Shown here: one piece after another, positions 38,502 through 47,810 of the stretch
How the letters are laid out: every line of letters starts with the position of its first letter
Position numbering within the stretch: the first letter of the stretch is position 1
From: Burkholderiales bacterium
GTDB taxonomy: Bacteria; Pseudomonadota; Gammaproteobacteria; Burkholderiales; CAIKXV01
Assembly: GCA_044340265.1 (NCBI GenBank)
Contig: JBIITW010000003.1
Coordinates: 169-64,168, forward strand
Direction: 5' to 3'
Length of the DNA: 64,000 bases
Notes under the pieces: model-generated
What the model was told of the DNA's origin: nothing
The model's database searches: none
Seen by the model: only the letters and a program-made list of their open reading frames with translations
Program-made: the position numbers and the translations under genes

Positions 38502-39080
38502 ATGCCGCCCCGTACAGGCGAGCGCAGGCTGCAGATCCTGCAGACGCTTGCCGAAATGCTCGAAGTGCCGAGCCCTGAAAAGATCACCACTGCATCCCTC
38601 GCCGCCCGGCTGGACGTATCCGAGGCAGCGCTGTATCGCCATTTCGCCAGCAAGGCCCAGATGTTCGAGGGCCTCATCGAGTTCATCGAACAGACCGTGT
38701 TCAGTCTCGTGAACAAGATCGCCAGCGAGGAACCGGTCGGGTTGAAGCAGGTCGACGCCATGGTCGCGGTGCTGCTCGCGTTCGCGAGGAAGAACCCGGG
38801 CATGAGCCGGGTGCTGATCGGCGAAGCGCTGGTGCACGAGAATGCGCGCCTGCAGGCACGCATCAACCAGATGCATGACCGGATCGAGGCCACGCTGAAG
38901 CAGGCGCTGCGGCTGTCGCAGACCCAGGGCGAACTGCCCGCCGATGCCGACGTTGCCGCACAGGCCAACGCGATCATGGCATTCGTGGTCGGCCGCTGGC
39001 ACCAGTTCGCCAAGAGCGGCTTCACCCGCGATCCGTCCCAGTTCTGGGCAGAGCAGCGCAAGATCCTGCTGTCGACCTGA
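38502..39080 (+). CDS. slmA: nucleoid occlusion factor SlmA (TetR family)
   Basis: ORF 38310..39080, start at MPPRTGERRLQILQTLAEMLE...ITTASLAARLDVSEAALYRHFASKAQMFEGLIEFIE. Confidence 0.85.
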   Translation: MPPRTGERRLQILQTLAEMLEVPSPEKITTASLAARLDVSEAALYRHFASKAQMFEGLIEFIEQTVFSLVNKIASEEPVGLKQVDAMVAVLLAFARKNPGMSRVLIGEALVHENARLQARINQMHDRIEATLKQALRLSQTQGELPADADVAAQANAIMAFVVGRWHQFAKSGFTRDPSQFWAEQRKILLST

Positions 39081-39110
39081 GACGGCCTGCAGCCCGTCTT
39101 CAGTGCAGGC

Positions 39111-39875
39111 TCAGCCTGCGCCGCGCACCGCGCAGACAGCACATCCGGGATCGCGCTTCACGCGCACCTCGCGCCATCCGGCATCGCGCGCACTGAACAG
39201 CAGCAGGCGGCCGGCGAGCGACCGTCCGACGCCGGCGACCAGCTTGAGCGCCTCGGCGGCCTGCATCGCCCCGATGATGCCCACCAGCGGGGCGAACACG
39301 CCCATCACCGCGCAGCGCTCCTCGGCCTCGGCATCGATGTCCACTCGCGGAAACAGGCAGTGGTAGCAAGGGCTGTCTTCCTGCCTCAGGTCGAACACCG
39401 ACACCTGCCCGTCGAAACGGATCGCGGCACCCGACACCAGCGGCCGGCGATGGCGCACGCAGGCGGCATTGAGCGCATGGCGGGTAGGAAAGTTGTCGCT
39501 GGCATCGATGACCAGGTCGGCCGCAGCGACGCGCTCGATCAGGGCCTCGCCTTCCAGCCGCTGCGCCAGCGCGACCACCCGCGTCGCCGGGTTGATCGCC
39601 TGCATCGCGCGCGCCATCGAGTCGACCTTCGGCAGGCCGATGCTCTGCGTGGTGTGCGCGACCTGGCGCTGCAGGTTGGTCAGGTCGACATGGTCCGCAT
39701 CGCAGACGGTCACCTCGCCCACGCCGGCGCTCGCCAGGTACAGCGCCACGGGTGATCCGAGCCCGCCGGCGCCGACCAGCAGCACGCGGCTGTCGAGCAG
39801 CCGCTGCTGGCCGTCGATGCCGATCTCGTCGAGCAGGATGTGGCGGCTGTACCGGGTAAGCTGGTCGTCGTCCAT
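39111..39875 (-). CDS. moeB: molybdopterin-synthase adenylyltransferase (HesA/MoeB/ThiF family)
   Basis: ORF 39111..39875: YSRHILL...VLLVGAGGLGSPVALYLASAGVG...NLQRQ...CYHCLFP...PGCAVC. Close to the E. coli MoeB layout. Confidence 0.85.
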   Translation of the reverse strand: MDDDQLTRYSRHILLDEIGIDGQQRLLDSRVLLVGAGGLGSPVALYLASAGVGEVTVCDADHVDLTNLQRQVAHTTQSIGLPKVDSMARAMQAINPATRVVALAQRLEGEALIERVAAADLVIDASDNFPTRHALNAACVRHRRPLVSGAAIRFDGQVSVFDLRQEDSPCYHCLFPRVDIDAEAEERCAVMGVFAPLVGIIGAMQAAEALKLVAGVGRSLAGRLLLFSARDAGWREVRVKRDPGCAVCAVRGAG

Positions 39876-39956
39876 CGTGCTGTCACCCGGGGGCGGCGTG
39901 TGCCACGCCCGGGTCGGTACGGGCGTGGGCGTCCGGCGCGTCCAGCGCCTGTCCGC

Positions 39957-41441
39957 TCAGCGGGCGGCGCCGGCGGCGGCCGCAGCCTCGGGTGCGGCGC
40001 TGGCGGTGGCGGCTGGCGCAGGCAGTTCCCGCAGCACGGGCTGCCCCTTCAGGTGGTTCAGTGCCTGCATCAGCTGGAAGTCTTCGCGGGAGAACACCTG
40101 CCCCGGTTCGAGCTTGATCGGCTCGACTCGCGGGCGGGCGGGCGCGTCCTTCTTCGCCTCGGGACGCGGACGCGGGGCAGCCTTCGACTCGCCACCCTTG
40201 CCATCCGACAGGTGGCGGTTGAGGTCGGCTTCGCGCACGCGCTGGTTTTCGCTGGGATTGCTCGGATCCTCGACCACCAGGTCCGGCGTGATGCCCTTGG
40301 CCTGGATCGAGCGGCCGTTCGGCGTGAAGTAGCGCGCCGTGGTCAGCTTGATCGCCGTGTTGTTGGTCAGCGGCAGAATGGTCTGCACCGAGCCCTTGCC
40401 GAAGCTCTGCGTGCCCATGATAGTCGCGCGCTTGTGGTCCTGCAGTGCGCCGGCGACGATCTCGGACGCCGACGCCGAGCCGCCGTTGATCAGCACCACC
40501 ATCGGCACCGACTTCACGTCCTTGGGCAGGCCGCGCAGGTAATCGCCCTGGCTCGCCCCGCGAAGGTAGAACTCGGGGCTGGCATTGAGCTTCATCCGCG
40601 AATCGGGCGCACGGCCGTCGGTGTAGGTGACCAGCGCATTCTGCGGCAGGAAAGCCGCGGACACGGCGACCGCGCCATTGAGCAATCCACCCGGGTCGTT
40701 GCGAAGGTCGAGGATCAGCCCGCGCATGTTGCCGTTGTTCTCCTTCCAGACCCGCTCGATGGCACGCGCGAGGTTCTCGCCGGTGTGCTCCTGGAACTGG
40801 GTGAGGCGGATGTAACCGAAGCCGGGCTCCATCAGCGCCGAACGCACGCTCTGGATCTTGATCACCGCGCGCGTCAGGGTGACCACGATCGGCTTCTCTT
40901 CACCCCTTCGCATCAGGGTCAGCGTGATGCTGGTGTTCGGCTTGCCGCGCATCCGGCGCACCGCGTCGTTCAGCGTCATGCCCTTCACCGGCGTCTCGTC
41001 GAGACGGATGATCAGGTCGCCCGGGCGCAGGCCGGCGCGCGAGGCAGGGGTATCGTCGATCGGCGACACCACGCGCACCAGGCCGTCTTCCATGCCGACC
41101 TCGATGCCGAGGCCGCCGAACTCGCCCTGGGTGCCGACCTGCAGTTCCTTGAAGGCTTCCTGGTCGAGATAGGCCGAGTGCGGATCGAGTCCCGAGAGCA
41201 TGCCGTTGATCGCCTCGGTGAACAGCTTGCGGTCGTCGACCGCCTCGACGTAATCGCTCTTGATGCGCCCGAAGACCTCGGTGAACACGCGCAGGTCCTC
41301 GATCGGCAGCGGGCTGGGCGCCTCGCGCTGCGCGACCGCGGAGAAATTGAGGCTGACGAGTACGCCGAGCACGACGCCGACGCAGATCAGTCCGATCTGG
41401 CTTGCCTTGTTGCGCATGATTGAACCCAGCGACCGTGACAT
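39957..41441 (-). CDS. S41 family carboxy-terminal processing protease
   Basis: ORF 39957..41441. PDZ region GGLGIEV...GDLIIRLD; catalytic region VLINGGSASASEIVAGALQD...GKGSVQ. Alternative start at MRNKAS (41417). Confidence 0.9.
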   Translation of the reverse strand: MSRSLGSIMRNKASQIGLICVGVVLGVLVSLNFSAVAQREAPSPLPIEDLRVFTEVFGRIKSDYVEAVDDRKLFTEAINGMLSGLDPHSAYLDQEAFKELQVGTQGEFGGLGIEVGMEDGLVRVVSPIDDTPASRAGLRPGDLIIRLDETPVKGMTLNDAVRRMRGKPNTSITLTLMRRGEEKPIVVTLTRAVIKIQSVRSALMEPGFGYIRLTQFQEHTGENLARAIERVWKENNGNMRGLILDLRNDPGGLLNGAVAVSAAFLPQNALVTYTDGRAPDSRMKLNASPEFYLRGASQGDYLRGLPKDVKSVPMVVLINGGSASASEIVAGALQDHKRATIMGTQSFGKGSVQTILPLTNNTAIKLTTARYFTPNGRSIQAKGITPDLVVEDPSNPSENQRVREADLNRHLSDGKGGESKAAPRPRPEAKKDAPARPRVEPIKLEPGQVFSREDFQLMQALNHLKGQPVLRELPAPAATASAAPEAAAAAGAAR

Positions 41442-41589
41442 GGAGAAGCGGTGACCTCAGGAAGGGTGGACTGCGGAGGATTCTGGCGCGGAAGCCTTGA
41501 TGTGGAAAGGATGTTAGCAGCTTGTCAAGCGCCGACGTGAGACGGAAGTTACGTCAACGCCGCCACATACGTAACAGACGGTAACGGTG

Positions 41590-41625
41590 GCCGTCGCCGT
41601 CGTCATCGTCATCGTCATCGTCATC
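41590..41625. repeat. hexanucleotide microsatellite (GCCGTC)2(GTCATC)4
   Basis: Plus strand reads GCCGTCGCCGTCGTCATCGTCATCGTCATCGTCATC. The last unit overlaps the envC stop codon (41624-41626). Confidence 0.85.
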
Positions 41626-43042
41626 AGCGCGTGCCCGACCAGCCGAGCGGGTCGACCGGCTTTCCGCGATGGCGAAGCTCGAAGTAGAGCCCGGCCTGGG
41701 CGGAGCCACCGCTGGACCCCACGGTGGCCACCGGATCGCCCCCGCGCACGCCGTCGCCGACCCGGCGCAGCAGCGATTCGTTGTTCCCGTACAGCGTCAT
41801 GTAGCCGTCGCCATGGTCGACGATCAGCAGGTTTCCGAAGCCGCGCAGCCAGTCGGCGAACACCACGCGGCCGGGGGCGACGGAACGCACCTCCTGGCCG
41901 GGGCGCGCGAGGATGGTGATGCCACGCCACTGCAGGCCCCCGTCGGCCCGCGCCTGACCGAACCGATTGGCAATCTCGCCGGTGACCGGAAGTGCCAGCC
42001 GCCCCTTCAGCGAAGCGAACACGCCGGCCGGCACGCCGGGTTCCGGGAGGCGTTCGTTGCGCGGGCCGCGCCCGGTCGCGGCATCGGCGCGGGCGCCTTC
42101 CTGGGCCGGCTGGCCGGCATCTTCCGGTGCCACGGCCCGACCAGGCGGCCGTTCCGGCGCCTTCGCCGGCGGGGCCTCGCCCGCTGCCCTGGCGCTGCGC
42201 TGCGCATCCTTCGCATCGCGCGCGGCCTTTGCCGCTTCCCGCGCCGCACTTGCCCTTGCCTGCGCCTCGCGTGCCGCGGCCTCCCGCGCACGCGCACGCT
42301 CGCGTTCGGCCAGCAGGCGCGCGATCTGTTCCACCAGCCGGGTCAGCCGATCCTCGTCACGGCGCAGGGTGGCGATCTGGCGCCGGCTGGATTCGATCTC
42401 CCTGGAGGCGCGCGCAAGCACCGCCTGGTGACGACCGCGTTCGGCCTCCAGCCGTACCCGCTCGCGACCAGCCTCTTCCTCGAGGGCGGCCAGTTCGGCA
42501 CCCTTCTTCCGCCGCTCGCCCGACACCACTGCCAGCCGTGCCAGTTCATCGCGCAGCGCCTCGATCTGCGCCAGGTAACCGCGATGCAGGTATCCGTAAT
42601 AGTGAAGCAGGCGTGCGGCCTCGGCCGGATTCGCGCCGGACAGTGCCAGTTGCAGCGGATCGGGATCGCCCGCGACATAGCGCCGCTGCAGCAGGCGACC
42701 GAGGCGGTCCTGCTGCGCCCTCACCCGGGCCTCGGCCGCGCCAGCCTCGCCGGACAGGCGCGTGATGTCCGCATTGACCGCGTTCTTCTCGGCGGCGATC
42801 TCGAACAGCCTGCGGTTGGCATCGCTGATCGCACGCTCGGATTCGCGCAGGGCATCGGCGGCCTCCGACTTGACCTCCTCCGCCCCTGCCACCTTCTTCT
42901 GCAGCCCCTCGATGCGCTGGCGCAGCTCCTGGAGTTCGCCACGCGCAGCCACTGCGGCCTTCGGCGATGCCGAGATGGCCGGTGTCTCGGCGGCCAATGC
43001 AGGGGCGCCCGACATCCAGGCCAGGAGACCGGCGCAGAGCAC
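41624..43042 (-). CDS. envC: murein hydrolase activator EnvC-like (coiled-coil + M23/LytM domain)
   Basis: ORF 41624..43042 (GTG start as listed). Long coiled-coil, then the C-terminal LytM-like region GITILARPGQEVRSVAPGRVVFADWLRGFGNLLIVDHGDGYMTLYG. gpmI-envC synteny is conserved. Confidence 0.85.
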   Translation of the reverse strand: MLCAGLLAWMSGAPALAAETPAISASPKAAVAARGELQELRQRIEGLQKKVAGAEEVKSEAADALRESERAISDANRRLFEIAAEKNAVNADITRLSGEAGAAEARVRAQQDRLGRLLQRRYVAGDPDPLQLALSGANPAEAARLLHYYGYLHRGYLAQIEALRDELARLAVVSGERRKKGAELAALEEEAGRERVRLEAERGRHQAVLARASREIESSRRQIATLRRDEDRLTRLVEQIARLLAERERARAREAAAREAQARASAAREAAKAARDAKDAQRSARAAGEAPPAKAPERPPGRAVAPEDAGQPAQEGARADAATGRGPRNERLPEPGVPAGVFASLKGRLALPVTGEIANRFGQARADGGLQWRGITILARPGQEVRSVAPGRVVFADWLRGFGNLLIVDHGDGYMTLYGNNESLLRRVGDGVRGGDPVATVGSSGGSAQAGLYFELRHRGKPVDPLGWSGTR

Positions 43043-43137
43043 GGCACACAGAGGCAGCAGTGGCCGCCACGCCGGACGGACACCCCGGCCTCGCGCCGCC
43101 GGCCGCGGCCATGACGACGCCGTGTCGGGAGGGCGGA

Positions 43138-44781
43138 TCAGTCGAACGAGACCAGCGGACGGCCGGTCATCTCCAGCGGCTGCTCGACACCCATCATGCG
43201 CAGCAGTGTCGGGGCGATGTCCTGCAACGCCCCGCCATCCGCGATCTTCGCAGGCCGGCCGACATGCACCAGCGGCACGACATTGAGGGTATGGGCGGTA
43301 TGCGCCTGCTTCGTCTCGGGATCGCGCATCATCTCGGCATTGCCGTGGTCGGCGGTGATCAGTACCTCGCCGCCCACCGCCCGCATCGCAGCCACCACCC
43401 GCCCGAGGCAGGTGTCGATCGCCTCGACCGCCTGCCGTGCCGCCTCGAAATTGCCGGTATGGCCCACCATGTCGCAGTTCGCGTAGTTGCAGATGATCGC
43501 GTCATGGCGACCGCTGGCGATCGCCGACTCGAGCTCGGCGGTGACCTCGAACGCACTCATCTCGGGCTTGAGGTCGTAGGTCGCGACCTTCGGCGATGGC
43601 ACCAGCACGCGCGACTCGCCGGGGTATGGCTCTTCGACCCCGCCGTTGAAGAAATAGGTGACATGGGCATACTTCTCGGTCTCGGCGATGCGCAGCTGGG
43701 TGAGGCCGCGCGAAGACAGGTACTCGCCGAAACCGTTGCGGATCGACTCCGGCGGGAAGGCGGCCGGCAACGCATCGAACTCGTCGCCATAGCGAGTCAG
43801 GGTGACGAATGCGGACAGACGGGGCTGCACGGCACGCGCGAAGCCGTCGAAACCGGGATCGGTGAACGCCCGGGTGAGTTCACGTGCGCGGTCGGCCCGG
43901 AAATTCATGAACACCACGGCATCGCCATCGCCGATCAGTGCCGGCCGGGTGCCCGGCGGCACGATCGCCGTGGCCTTCACGAACTCATCGGACTCGCCGC
44001 GTGCATAGGCGGCGGCAAGGCCTTCGACCGGACTGCCCGCGCCGTACTCGGCACCGCCCTGCGTGAGCAGGTCGTAGGCGACCTGGACCCGCTCCCAGCG
44101 CTTGTCGCGGTCCATCGCGAAATAGCGCCCGACGATCGTCGCGATGCGTGCCTTCGCCGGCGATCCGGCCGCGGCGAGCGTCTTTGCCAGCAGCACGAGT
44201 GTCGGCTCGGCACTCTTCGGCGGCGTGTCACGGCCATCGAGGAACGCGTGCAGCATCACCCGATCGAGGCCGTTGTCGAACGCCAGCCGGACGATCGCGG
44301 CCAGGTGCGCCTCATGGCAGTGCACGCCGCCCGGGGAGGCGAGCCCGAGCACATGCAGCGTGCCGCCGGCGGCCTTCGCCGCCTGGATGGCGCCGAGCAG
44401 GACGGCGTTGGTGGCGAACGCCCTGGTCTCGATCGCATGGTCGATCTTGGTCAGTTCCTGGTAGACGACGCGTCCGGCGCCGATGTTCAGGTGGCCGACT
44501 TCCGAATTGCCCATCTGGCCGACCGGAAGCCCGACGTGGCGCTCCGAGGCATCGATGGTGGTGTGCGCATTCTCGCGCCAGAGCGCATCCCATGTCGGCT
44601 TGCGCGCATGCAGGATGGCGTTGTCGTCGCCGGTTTCGCGATGGCCGAAGCCGTCGAGGATCAGCAGCAGGACCGGGGTGATCCCGGCGGGCCGCGCCGG
44701 GACCGGGACCGGGGTCTCGGCAGGCCTGGCGGCGGTCGTGTTGGACGGCGGCTGTGCAGTCATGGGCGGATGGGTGAGCAT
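43138..44781 (-). CDS. gpmI: 2,3-bisphosphoglycerate-independent phosphoglycerate mutase
   Basis: C-terminal 547 aa of ORF 43138..45291: LLILDGFGHR...MGNSEVGHLNIGAGR...ITADHGNAE. Start at MLTHPP (44781), with AGGA 10 nt upstream. Confidence 0.95.
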   Translation of the reverse strand: MLTHPPMTAQPPSNTTAARPAETPVPVPARPAGITPVLLLILDGFGHRETGDDNAILHARKPTWDALWRENAHTTIDASERHVGLPVGQMGNSEVGHLNIGAGRVVYQELTKIDHAIETRAFATNAVLLGAIQAAKAAGGTLHVLGLASPGGVHCHEAHLAAIVRLAFDNGLDRVMLHAFLDGRDTPPKSAEPTLVLLAKTLAAAGSPAKARIATIVGRYFAMDRDKRWERVQVAYDLLTQGGAEYGAGSPVEGLAAAYARGESDEFVKATAIVPPGTRPALIGDGDAVVFMNFRADRARELTRAFTDPGFDGFARAVQPRLSAFVTLTRYGDEFDALPAAFPPESIRNGFGEYLSSRGLTQLRIAETEKYAHVTYFFNGGVEEPYPGESRVLVPSPKVATYDLKPEMSAFEVTAELESAIASGRHDAIICNYANCDMVGHTGNFEAARQAVEAIDTCLGRVVAAMRAVGGEVLITADHGNAEMMRDPETKQAHTAHTLNVVPLVHVGRPAKIADGGALQDIAPTLLRMMGVEQPLEMTGRPLVSFD

Positions 44782-44866
44782 GGACGATGATCCTACTTCA
44801 TAATACGCGCCCGTCGATATCGGGCCCGTGGCATTTGTCACCGGCCAACCGCTGGAGTGCAGCCGA

Positions 44867-45298
44867 GTGAGTGTCTGGGATTTCCTGCAGCAGAACATCC
44901 TGCTGGTGACCGTGGCAGTGGTCAGCGGTTCGCTGCTCCTCTGGCCGCTGATCATGAGCCTGGTGAACGGCACGAACGAGGTCGGGGTGACCGACGCGGT
45001 CAACCTGATCAACCGCAAGGACGCGCTGCTGATCGACGTGCGCGACCCTGCCGAATTCGCGGCCGGGCATATCCCGCATGCGCGCAACGTGCCTGCCGCC
45101 CAGGTCGCGGAACGGCTGAAGGAATTCGAGAAGTACAAGGCGAAGCCGGTCATCATCCATTGCCGCAACGGGCAGCGCTCGGGTTCGGCGACCAACGCAT
45201 TTCGCAAGGCCGGGTTCACCGAAGCGGTAAAGCTGCGCGATGGCCTGACCGCCTGGGAACAGGCGAACCTGCCGATCCAGAAGGGCGCCAAGGGCTGA
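44867..45298 (+). CDS. rhodanese-like domain protein with an N-terminal membrane anchor (YibN-like)
   Basis: ORF 44828..45298. Rhodanese active-site loop is IIHCRNGQRS. A GTG at 44867 has GGAG 9 nt upstream; the GTG at 44828 is also possible. Confidence 0.85.
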   Translation: MSVWDFLQQNILLVTVAVVSGSLLLWPLIMSLVNGTNEVGVTDAVNLINRKDALLIDVRDPAEFAAGHIPHARNVPAAQVAERLKEFEKYKAKPVIIHCRNGQRSGSATNAFRKAGFTEAVKLRDGLTAWEQANLPIQKGAKG

Positions 45299-45341
45299 GG
45301 CGCCGGCGCAGCCGGGGCGAGCCCCTACAGGAGACTCAACG

Positions 45342-45602
45342 ATGCCGAAGATCACCATGTACGCGACCGGGGTCTGCCCGTACTGCCAGATGGCCGAGCG
45401 TCTGCTGCGCTCCAAGGGCGTCACCGAGATCGAGAAGATCCGCATCGACACCGACCCCGCCGTGCGCGACCGGATGATCGAACTCACCGGCCGGCGTACC
45501 GTGCCGCAGATCTACATCGGCGATCACCATGTCGGCGGCTTCGACGACCTGTCGGCCCTCGACCGCGCGGGCGGGCTGGAACCGCTGCTCGCCGGCAACT
45601 GA
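45342..45602 (+). CDS. grxC: glutaredoxin 3
   Basis: ORF 45342..45602: MYATGVCPYCQMAERLL...TVPQIYIGDHHVGGFDDL. Confidence 0.95.
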   Translation: MPKITMYATGVCPYCQMAERLLRSKGVTEIEKIRIDTDPAVRDRMIELTGRRTVPQIYIGDHHVGGFDDLSALDRAGGLEPLLAGN

Positions 45603-45722
45603 GCCCCATCCTCCGCTGCAGCCGTGAACTGCTGCAACGAGACCGACGCACGGCTCCGGTAACATCCGGCCGGCACAGACTTCCTACACCCGCCGCTTGC
45701 GCGGCAAACCACCGGATCCATC

Positions 45723-46208
45723 ATGGCTGAAACCAATCCTGCAGCAGGCGCGACACAACCCCAGTTCGCGATCGAGAAGCTCTACATCAAGGACCTCTCG
45801 CTCGAGGTACCGAACGCGCCGAACATCTTCATGGAACAGGGCCAGCCGGCGGTCGACCTGAACCTGCATACCGATGGCAAGCACATCCGCGACGATGCCT
45901 ACCATGTGACGCTGACGGTGACGGTCACCGCGAAGATGGGCGACAAGACGCTGTTCCTGATCGAAGTCGTTCAGGGCGGCATCTTCCGCATCGCCGGCGT
46001 GCTGCCCGACATGCTGCCGCAAGTGCTGGGCATCACCTGCCCGAACCTGCTGTATCCGTATGCCCGGGAAGTCGTGTCCGACGTCTCGGTCCGGGCCGGC
46101 TTCATGCCGATCGTGCTGCAGCCGATCAACTTCGAGATGCTGTACCAGCAGCAGGCGCAGGCTGCCGCAGTTGCAGCCCCGGCCGGCGCTGACGACCAGA
46201 AGCACTGA
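45723..46208 (+). CDS. secB: protein-export chaperone SecB
   Basis: ORF 45723..46208: FAIEKLYIKDLSLEVPNAP...CPNLLYPYAREVVSDVSVRAGFMPIVLQPINFEMLY. Confidence 0.95.
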   Translation: MAETNPAAGATQPQFAIEKLYIKDLSLEVPNAPNIFMEQGQPAVDLNLHTDGKHIRDDAYHVTLTVTVTAKMGDKTLFLIEVVQGGIFRIAGVLPDMLPQVLGITCPNLLYPYAREVVSDVSVRAGFMPIVLQPINFEMLYQQQAQAAAVAAPAGADDQKH

Positions 46209-46234
46209 GCGGCAGCGCATCCGGCTCCCGGCAC

Positions 46235-46720
46235 ATGTGCAAGCCATCGATCGCCGACAGGGTGCGCCGGGTCAAGATAGCGGCCGGCGCCGCCCTGCTG
46301 GCTTCGCTGGCCGCGCTGGCGCCGGCCGCCGTCTCTGCCCAGGAGTACCGCTCGATCGGCGAACCGGCGGCCGTCCTGTACGACGCGCCTTCGGTCAAGG
46401 CGAAACGCCTGTGGGTGCTGGGCCGGGGTTACCCGGTGCAGGTGTCGGTCTCGATCGAAGGCTGGACCAAGGTCCGCGACGCCACGGGTGAACTGTCCTG
46501 GGTCGAGAACCGTTCGTTGTCGACGGCGCGCACGGTACTGGTCCGCGCCGCGATGGGTACGGTGCGCGACAGCCCGTCGGAAGCGGGCTCGGTCGTGCTG
46601 CGCGTCGGGCGCGACGTGGTGCTCGACATGGTGGAGCCCCCGGTGGGCGAATGGGTCCGGGTGCGCCACCGTGACGGCGCGATCGGATTCATCCACGTGA
46701 ACCAGGTCTTCGGCTTGTGA
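46235..46720 (+). CDS. SH3 domain-containing secreted protein
   Basis: ORF 46235..46720. Signal peptide, then two bacterial SH3-like repeats (GYPVQVSVSIEGWTKVRD; VVLDMVEPPVGEWVRVRHRDG). Start uncertain. Confidence 0.7.
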   Translation: MCKPSIADRVRRVKIAAGAALLASLAALAPAAVSAQEYRSIGEPAAVLYDAPSVKAKRLWVLGRGYPVQVSVSIEGWTKVRDATGELSWVENRSLSTARTVLVRAAMGTVRDSPSEAGSVVLRVGRDVVLDMVEPPVGEWVRVRHRDGAIGFIHVNQVFGL

Positions 46721-47712
46721 TCATCGCCGTGCTCGGCGCCGGCGCATGGGGCACCGCGCTGGCATCGACCTTCGCCGACCAGCATGGCGTCACGCTCTGG
46801 GCCCGCGACGCCGCGTTCGCAGGCGAACTGCGCACCCACCGGGAGAACCTGCGCTACCTCCCGGGCCACCGGCTGCCGGCATCGATCGCCATCGATGCCG
46901 ACCTCGCACGCTGCCTGTCCGGCGCGACGCTGATCGTCGCGGCGGTGCCGACCGGCGCGCTAGCAGCGACGCTGGCGCGCGTCGAGGAAGTGCCCGGCGC
47001 GGGCGAAAGGCCGCTCGTCTGGGCCTGCAAGGGCTTCGACGCCACCACCGGCGAACTGCCGCACCGGATCATCGCCCGGGTGCGCACCGGCAGTGCCGCG
47101 AGCGGCGTGCTGTCCGGCCCCAGTTTCGCCGCCGAGATCGCGCGCGGCCTGCCCGCAGCCCTGACCCTCGCGTCTGCCGACGCCGGCTTCGCCCGTGCCA
47201 CCGCGCAGGCACTGCACAGCAGCCGGTTGCGCGTCTATTCGTCGACCGACGTGATCGGCGTCGAAGTCGGCGGCGCCGCGAAGAACGTGATGGCGATCGC
47301 CGCCGGCATCTGCGACGGACTGGCGCTCGGGCTGAATGCACGCGCGGCGCTGGTCACGCGCGGACTGGCGGAACTGACACGCCTCGGCCTGAAGCTCGGT
47401 GGCAGGCCCGACACGCTGATGGGCCTGAGCGGCGCCGGCGACCTGATCCTCACCTGCACCGGCGACCTCTCGCGCAACCGGCAGGTCGGCCTGCGGCTGG
47501 CGCAGGGAATGCCGCTGGCGGAGATCCTGCGCACGCTCGGCCATGTCGCCGAGGGCGTATCGAGCGCGCATTCGCTGGCTGCCCTTGCCCGCGGGAATGG
47601 CATCGAGATGCCGATCACCGAGGCGGTGTGCGGTGTACTGGACGGCCGGCTGCGGCCCTCGGACGCGGTCGATGGATTGATGCGCCGGGATCCCCGGTCG
47701 GAAGGAGAGTAG
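46717..47712 (+). CDS. gpsA: NAD(P)H-dependent glycerol-3-phosphate dehydrogenase
   Basis: ORF 46717..47712 (GTG start overlapping the upstream stop): IIAVLGAGAWGTALA...NLRYLPG...GPSFAAE...GAAKNVMAIAAG. Confidence 0.95.
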   Translation: MIIAVLGAGAWGTALASTFADQHGVTLWARDAAFAGELRTHRENLRYLPGHRLPASIAIDADLARCLSGATLIVAAVPTGALAATLARVEEVPGAGERPLVWACKGFDATTGELPHRIIARVRTGSAASGVLSGPSFAAEIARGLPAALTLASADAGFARATAQALHSSRLRVYSSTDVIGVEVGGAAKNVMAIAAGICDGLALGLNARAALVTRGLAELTRLGLKLGGRPDTLMGLSGAGDLILTCTGDLSRNRQVGLRLAQGMPLAEILRTLGHVAEGVSSAHSLAALARGNGIEMPITEAVCGVLDGRLRPSDAVDGLMRRDPRSEGE

Positions 47713-47810
47713 GCGCGGGTAACGCAACACGCCCGGTCCCACCGCGTGACATACTTTCCCGCACCGAATCCATCGTCGCCCTGCCCGATCCGGCGCGCGA
47801 CACCCACTCG

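Noticed and set aside
41548-41575. GTTACGT-N14-ACGTAAC inverted repeat and a TTGACA box (41523-41528, minus strand) upstream of the protease gene
   Set aside because: The 7-bp arms are too short to be significant on their own. The best -10 partner for the TTGACA is CCACAT, which is poor. Not reported as a promoter.
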